A stretch of 64,000 nucleotides of DNA. Origin: Eledone cirrhosa (Eukaryota). Shown piece after piece: positions 57,295-64,000 of the stretch (positions are counted from its first letter, which is position 1; the number at the start of each line of letters is the position of its first letter). The stretch is from contig OZ024741.1 in the NCBI GenBank assembly GCA_964016885.1, positions 144,088,001 to 144,152,000 of the forward strand. Direction: 5' to 3'. The position numbers were made by a program, and so were the translations under genes. The notes below the pieces were generated by a model that saw nothing but the letters and a program-made list of their open reading frames with translations, had not been told where the DNA came from and searched no databases.

Positions 57295-57947
57295 AGCAGC
57301 CATCCATCCATCCATCCATCCATCCATCCATCCATCCATCCATCCATCCATCCATCCATCCATCCATCCATCCATCCATCCAACCATCCAGCCATACATC
57401 CAGCCATCCATCCATCCATCCATCCATCCATCCATCCATCCATCCATCCATCCAGCCATACATCCAGCCATCCATCCATCCATCCATCCATCCATCCATC
57501 CATCCAGCCAGCCAGCCAGCCAGCCAAGCAGCCATCCATCCATCCATCCATCCATCCATCCATCCAGCCAGCCAGCCAGCCATCCATCCATCCATCCATC
57601 CATCCATCCATCCATCCATCCATCCAGCCTGCTAGCCATCCATCCATCCATCCATCCAGCCATCCATCCAGCCATCCATCAATCCAGCCAGCCAGCCATC
57701 CATCCATCCATCCATCCATCCATCCATCCATCCAGCCAGCCAGCCAGCCAGCCAGCCAAGCAGCCATCCATCCATCCATCCATCCAGCCATCCATCCAGC
57801 CAGCCATCCATCCATCCATCCATCCATCCATCCATCCATCCATCCAGCCAGCCAGCCAGCCAGCCAGCCAAGCAGCCATCCATCCATCCATCCATCCATC
57901 CATCCATCCATCCATCCATCCATCCAGCCTGCTAGCCAGCTAGCCAG
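54840..57947. repeat. 3.1-kb compound tetranucleotide satellite (CCAT)n/(CCAG)n
   Basis: Alternating CCAT and CCAG runs punctuated by 8-nt variants CCAAGCAG and CCTGCTAG. Confidence 0.97.
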
Positions 57948-58761
57948 TCTTCCGGACAATATACCAGCCAGTATAACACAAGGATGCCAGGCCCCACAAG
58001 TCCAGATGCCGATCTAGGAAAAAGTAGATGACGTCAAAGAAACCCTGACGTCATATGGTACCACTACAGAACGACAGTTCTTTCTTTTTGTCACACCTTC
58101 AAGGTTATAAACGGGAAGAAGAAAATGAGGAAGTGTTAATGTTCATACCTTCTCAAGTGCACTGTCGGCCTATGTGCAGCGAAAAGTAGCTCGACATAGA
58201 TTACTACTGTTCAGGTTTTAACTCTTGCTCTGAGGTGCACTCAGCTAAAACACAGCATAACTTTGACAAACCAACAGCGTTTAACAGATAAGCAATCCAG
58301 TGACAAACACGAAATATTTGAAGTTTTTATGAAGATTCAAGCAATTATCGATTTTCTATTTAAACAGAATCAAAGGAATCGATTTTTCTCCTATTTTAAA
58401 CTGTTTCCTACTTTTATAACAAAATCCAAACATTTTTGTTTCTTATTTTCTTTGTGCATATGAGTGTGTCTGTGTGTGTGTGTATGTGTAAGTATGTGTG
58501 TGTGTGTGTGTGTATTTGTGCAAATGCATGTATGTGTGTGTATGTATGTATGTATGTATGTATGTATGTATGTATGTATGTATGTATGTATGTATGTATG
58601 TATGTGTGTGTGTGTAATTGTTTCAGAGCTTATACTGTTTTAGCTATTTGGCTTCAACATTTTAGCACCGCATGCTTTTTCATATTAAAATGTATAACCT
58701 GCATTGTAATCTTAGAACCATTCTATTCAGTTATAGATTTTGAATTAATGGTTTCAGGTGA

Positions 58762-58796
<35 letters not shown>

Positions 58797-59515
58797 TCAG
58801 CGTCATCTTTCCCTGCTAGCAAAGGTTGGATGGCACGTCACAGACTGAGTCAGTTCTCAAGCCCATCTCAGTTGGGCCGGGGCCTGTATCTCGCTTATAT
58901 AAGTTTCCTTGCTCTATCGTAGCACCAGCACTAGGGAGGTAGCAATGTATTTGAAATTGTTAGCGCGGAAGTGTCACCGAAGACTATATCTTTAGATTTA
59001 CTTTTGAATTACCTGACATTCATGGCCAGAATGTATGTTGTATTTATTCCTTGATAGATATACAGCGTGAATAAAAGACAGGGTGGTCGTGGCTTTGAAA
59101 ACAAACGTTTAGAGAGTATGGCCGACTTAAAAACAAACGTTTAGCTAGCTCTAACAACAATCGTTGCTGTCCTACACAAGGACAAGGTTTATTAACGTAG
59201 GGTTTGTACTGGACATTGGAACATGTATTGTTTCTTCCACAGCAATTAGGCCGCACTGGTAAAAACAATTTTGTTAAAATTTCCAAACGTGAAAAAAGAC
59301 ATTGCAAGCGATGCAAACATGAGGTGTTAACTACCTCCCTAGTTGACTCGTTATATAAGAAATGGCTGGTTATTGTTTCCAAATCTTTTTGTGTCGGCTG
59401 CTAACCGAGAACATACCAACGACGGCATTATGTAGTCTTTAATATGGAGTGATCTTGCGTTTTTAGATGCTTTTAAATTAGATAGAGGTGAAGGTCAACG
59501 ATAGCTATTAATGCA

Positions 59516-59516
59516 G

Positions 59517-59614
<98 letters not shown>

Positions 59615-59675
59615 CTTCTTCTTCTTCTTCTTCTTCTTCTTCTTCTTCTTCTTCTTCTTCTTCTTCTTCTTCTTC
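59516..59675. repeat. (GTT)n(CTT)n compound microsatellite
   Basis: Direct reading. The (CTT)n part is probably the tail of the adjacent minus-strand RTE. Confidence 0.95.
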
Positions 59676-60120
59676 TCCCACTTATTCCTGAAAGGATCGT
59701 GGGGGCAGAGTTCTCAAACACTCCTTCCAGCGGGTCCTGTCAGAAGCAACCGTCTCCAGCTAATCTGACTGGATCATCAAGCGAGACCAACCAGACTAAT
59801 GGATGTTATCAAACCATCTTCCTCGGGTGAGGTCTCCCCCTGGGTCTCCTGTCGGTTGGTTTTGCCTGTAAAATCTGTACAGTGATTATTTCATGAGACA
59901 TTCTGACCACATGTCTGTAGTATCGGAGCTGTGATCTCTCAATTCGGAAAAGTAGCGGCTCTACCTGGAGTGACTCTCTGATCTTCGAACTACACACTCT
60001 ATTGAGTAACGTTACTCCAAAGATCCTTCGGAGGAATCCCATTTCGGCCACTTGTATTAACGATCGTATTCTTTCGGTCATTATCCAAGATTCATGACCA
60101 TAGGTAAGGGTTGGTACGAG
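59676..60120 (-). mobile_element. 3' fragment of another RTE-clade LINE
   Basis: LTYGHESW, IQVAEMGFLRRIFGVT, IERSQLRYYRHVVRM, RRPRGRP, followed by an (AAG)n tail. Confidence 0.8.
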
Positions 60121-60559
60121 ATACTTGACTTACTCTACCTGCTTCAGTGGAACTCCATTCACATGTTGATAGTCAGTTTGTTCTTTGATGTGTCTTTTAT
60201 TCTATGCTTTGAACATTTGTGGAGTACATTTAGCTTTATTAAACTTTGTGCCTTTGTCCATGAATAACTTTTCGATTCCTTTCAATTTCTTTTATGATAG
60301 CGTTTGCGTTCTAGACCTTTCCCTCTTCCTATCTCCTTCTCTGTTTATATATATATATATATAAACAGAGTAAGAGAGAAGAGGGAAAAGGTCTATAAAG
60401 AAAGCAAATAGGGAGCGCACATGACAAAGACAATGGGAAAAAATCAACGAATAGACCGACAGTCCCATTTCCTTAGTCAACCCCTGGAAATCACTTCAGT
60501 TTCGGTATATTAAGACCGACACCATACTGTATACATACATACATACATACATACATACA

Positions 60560-60642
<83 letters not shown>

Positions 60643-60686
60643 GACGTAAAATAAGAAAATTATAAAAATTAACTTACTAAAATTTC

Positions 60687-60769
60687 ACTCCAACTAATTA
60701 GTTTCTGAAAGGGAATAAACATGGTTTCCAAATGGAAAGCATGGAGAAGCCGTTTCGTCATCAGGAAGT
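60687..60769 (-). ncRNA. Type I hammerhead ribozyme (repeat copy 1)
   Basis: Minus strand reads ACTTC CTGATGA [GAAA.GG..CATG.TTTCCA/TGGAAA.CATG..CC.TTTC] GAAA CTAATTAG TT GGAGT: palindromic stem III, GUU triplet. Confidence 0.62.
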
Positions 60770-61216
60770 CTGTTCTCAGCTAAGTTACCAGGCGATGCGT
60801 GGGCACAGGGAACTTATACAAAAATAATTCAGTGGATGGAAAAAAGCAAGCGTGGACTAAATTCCAAGACATTGAAAAAATCACTGCCTACTTGGTCGGT
60901 GGCAAATTCAAAAGAATCAGTCACGTGACATCGAGATTAATCAGTGAGGAGTGGGATGTTAAAAAGACAGTAGCCGAGCCATTATTATGAACTATAGTAG
61001 CAGTTTTGGCAAATTTTTGCTCAACAAAATAATTTGGAGATAATTATAAAGAATTAGTACATCTACCAACATATATATACAGATGCATACCTATGCTAGC
61101 AAATATATAGGTTTTGTCTTAGTAACTTTGTGGTTCAATGCAAGGGGATGCAGAACAATTATATGAAAGATGTAAAATAAGAAAATTATAAAAATTAACT
61201 TACTTACTAAAATTTC

Positions 61217-61299
61217 ACTCCAACTAATTAGTTTCTGAAAGGGAATAAACATGGTTTCCAAATGGAAAGCATGGAGAAGCCGTTTCGTCATCAGGAAGT
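61217..61299 (-). ncRNA. Type I hammerhead ribozyme (repeat copy 2)
   Basis: Identical to 60687-60769, offset 530 nt. Confidence 0.62.
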
Positions 61300-61409
61300 C
61301 TGTTCTCAGCTAAGTTACCAGGCGATGCATGGGCACAGGGAACTTATACAAAAATAATTCAGTGGATGGAAAAAAGCAAGCGTGGACTAAATTCCAAGAC
61401 ATTGAAAAA

Positions 61410-61505
<96 letters not shown>

Positions 61506-61754
61506 GGTATGAGGTTGACTAAGGAGATTGGACTGTCCGTCTTTTCGTTGATTATTTTTCCATTGTCTTTGTCATGGATGGGTGCTACAGGAGAAAGCTA
61601 AGGGTGACTCTGAACATTGATCAGTATACACCGAGGATGAAGAACTCAAAGCGGTACGGGAGCCTCCCAAAAGTCAGCTCGTAAGTAACACAGAGCAGAC
61701 TGAGGTTAGCTGGACATGCTCACCGACATTCAGAGTTGACACTGCACTCAGTGT

Positions 61755-64000
61755 ACACGAGGTGTACACATCTCCAAGCCGTCCCGGATCTGGAGGGTGG
61801 GGTTGGGGGTGTCTCTATTATTCCGGAGAAGTCTGGATCTCGCGTCTGGATCTTGAACCCAGAAGGTAAGTTGATGGTACTAGACGTGACCAGCGGATAA
61901 GGGCAAGCTTTCAGGCTACTGGCCGTCTATGCTCCTGCAGGGACAGAGCGGCCTGACTTCTTCCGGCGACTGGATAACTTCGTTGGAACGTCCCGCTATT
62001 TGGTGTTAGTGGGCGACTGGAACGGGATCTTAGATGCACGCTGGGACTGTGTGGGGTTAGCGGATATGGGAGGAGGGTGTAAAAGCCTCGCAAACCTGCT
62101 CAGACGTTTTCAATTGTCTGACAGGTACTGGATTTCCCGAATGTGCCAATGTGGACATGGGCTAACTGCATCGGGTCATCCAGATCGTATCTAAATAGGG
62201 TATTTTGTAGGGTAATAGATAGGTCTAGTATAGGCTGTCCACAATTCAAGATAGTCGACTACACGGACCACAAATTGGTGATCTGTGTGGTCGACTTAGA
62301 TAGGCTTCATAGACAGGGACCCGGCTACTGGAAGCTAAACACGTCGTTGACAGCGCGCAAAACCTTCAGAGACCGAATTAGCGAACTAGTTAAGCGGGCG
62401 TTGGAGAGGGCAGTCGTCAACAACAAATCGTGGTTCGCCCTGAAAAAGGAGATTAGAATAGAGTCCATTAGGCTTAGTAAAGCGTTAGCAATAGAGAAAA
62501 ATAGAACAGAGAGAGAATTAGACGAGGCGCTTAATAAAGGCATCGCGACCGACGTGCTTGAGGCGAAATTGGCCCTCGACCAATTCTTCAATGCAAAGCA
62601 CGAAGACTGCGTTGCCAGAGCTAGGGCGCGTGCTCTCAGACACAAGGGGACGAAAGCCGTTCGATGGGCCCGAGTGGCGGAGGCGCGTCGTGGCAAGAAA
62701 GCCACGATCCGGTCTTTAGGGGACCACGACGGGCACATGTTACTCGAACCCTAGCAAATGTGTGCGGCTTTTCAGCGGCACTTCGCTCAGCTGTTTGGGG
62801 GCAGCAGTGGGTGGGATCGCAGGATGGCCTTTAGCGCCTACCTCGATGGACTGCCGCTGCTCTCGGCCACTGAAGCGGAGAGTTGCGAAAAGCCGATAAT
62901 AGCCGCTGAAATACGGGTAGCAATGACTGACTGCACGATGGATAAATCACCTGGTTTGGATGGTCTGCTCTACGAGCTTTACGTACGCATGCCAGACTTG
63001 TTCTGTGACCTCTTGGAAGACGTCTACTGCAACAGGCAACAGAACGGGAGAATTACCAGCTCTGTGAGCCTAGGAGCGGTAACGCTGCTGTGAAAGGACC
63101 CGAACACGAGGGACAAGATAGATAATTTCAGGCCCTTAACTGCTAAACGCAGAGTTCAAGATTTTGGTGAAGGTGCTAGCAAAGAGGTTGGTGCTAGTCG
63201 TCGCTGGTCTGGTGGCAGAGGCGCAGACGTGCGCCATTCCAGACAGATCCATCCACGACAACCTCCACCTCATGCGATTTATCGTGGAGAGGGTAGCTAA
63301 CGAACCTGGCACGGGAGGGGCCCTTGATCAATTTAGATCAGTCGAAAGCTTTTGATAGGGTCGACTATCTTTATCTGATGGCGGTCCTGTGGGCGGCTGG
63401 CTTTGGGCCCGTCTTCAGAGGCTGGATTGCTGCCATGCACAGCGATATCTGCTCTGTGGTGAGAGTGAACAGTCAGCTTTCGGAACCGTTCAACATCATG
63501 CGCTCGGTCTGCCAAGGATGTCCCATTTCGTCCCAGTTGTACGTATTGACTCTCGAGCCATTACTGCACAAGCTGGAGACGTTGAGGAGCGTCCCGCGCC
63601 AACTGGGATGTGGGAGAACCGTGTCAGCCTAGTGGTGTCGAGTGCCAAACACATCGAGGCGATCGGCACTACACTAAGAGAATACGAGGCGCTGACAGGA
63701 GCAATGATTAACCAAGAAAAGTCAGTGGGCCTGCGGCTCGGCAGGTACATGCCGTCCAACAGCGTCGTCGGGCGCTGGACGGACGGACCGGTTAAATTGC
63801 TAGAGGTCTGGTTCGGTCCGGATCTCCAGACGGACAAAAACTGGGACGAGGTGACGAGCAGGGAGGCTTCTCTCAGCCAGAAATGGGCCGAGAGGAAGCT
63901 ATCCCTGAAAGGTCGAGCGGAGGTGGCTAACGCGTACATCGCGTCCGTCATCTACTACCGCCTGACCGTCGTGCCTTCTCCTAAGCCTCATCTGACTGCG
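61755..64000 (+). pseudogene. Decayed L1/Tx1-type ORF2 (APE-RT), runs off the window end
   Basis: LVGDWNGILD, YTDHK, GPGYWKLN, KSPGLDGL, DQSKAFDRVD, QGCPIS, with many stops and frameshifts. Confidence 0.9.

Larger units (their letters stand above)
60638..61411 (-). mobile_element. Retrozyme-like or PLE partial-tandem non-coding element: two ~245-bp direct repeats around a 280-bp spacer
   Basis: 60638-60881 and 61164-61411 are near-identical and each holds an HHR fold. Flanked by (TA)n. Confidence 0.7.

Noticed and set aside
54840-57947. CRISPR-like or coded array reading of the punctuated satellites
   Set aside because: No unique spacers, no constant-length repeat, no cas genes, and a eukaryotic context.
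54832-57959. (MDGW/LAGW)n ORFs up to 551 aa
   Set aside because: All three minus frames give the same peptide because the unit is 4 nt; this is satellite DNA.

Overview
Repeat-dominated eukaryotic (animal) DNA, not prokaryotic. The SINE types and huge (TA)n tracts resemble octopus/cephalopod genomes, but that is an inference. Most of the window is non-LTR retrotransposon: several copies of a young single-ORF RTE family (APE-RT) with a PHD-like C4HC3 finger inside the RT, other RTE fragments, L1/Tx1-type elements, two R4/Dong-type restriction-like-endonuclease (RLE) fragments between (TTA)n tracts, and a CRE-type RT-RLE fragment. Also present: tRNA-derived SINEs, a non-autonomous hAT element with TIRs and an 8-bp TSD, a decayed hAT-like transposase, over 10 kb of interrupted (TA)n, and a 3.1-kb (CCAT/CCAG) satellite. 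The only plausible host coding sequence is one probable terminal exon (19071-20083). The most notable unannotated signal is a set of type I hammerhead ribozyme (HHR) folds with palindromic minimal stem III, of the kind linked to Penelope-like elements (PLEs). They occur in short non-coding inserts in (TA)n: a perfect 431-bp palindrome with one HHR per strand, a retrozyme-like direct-repeat unit with two HHRs 530 nt apart, and two single HHRs. All folds were derived by eye and none is tested.
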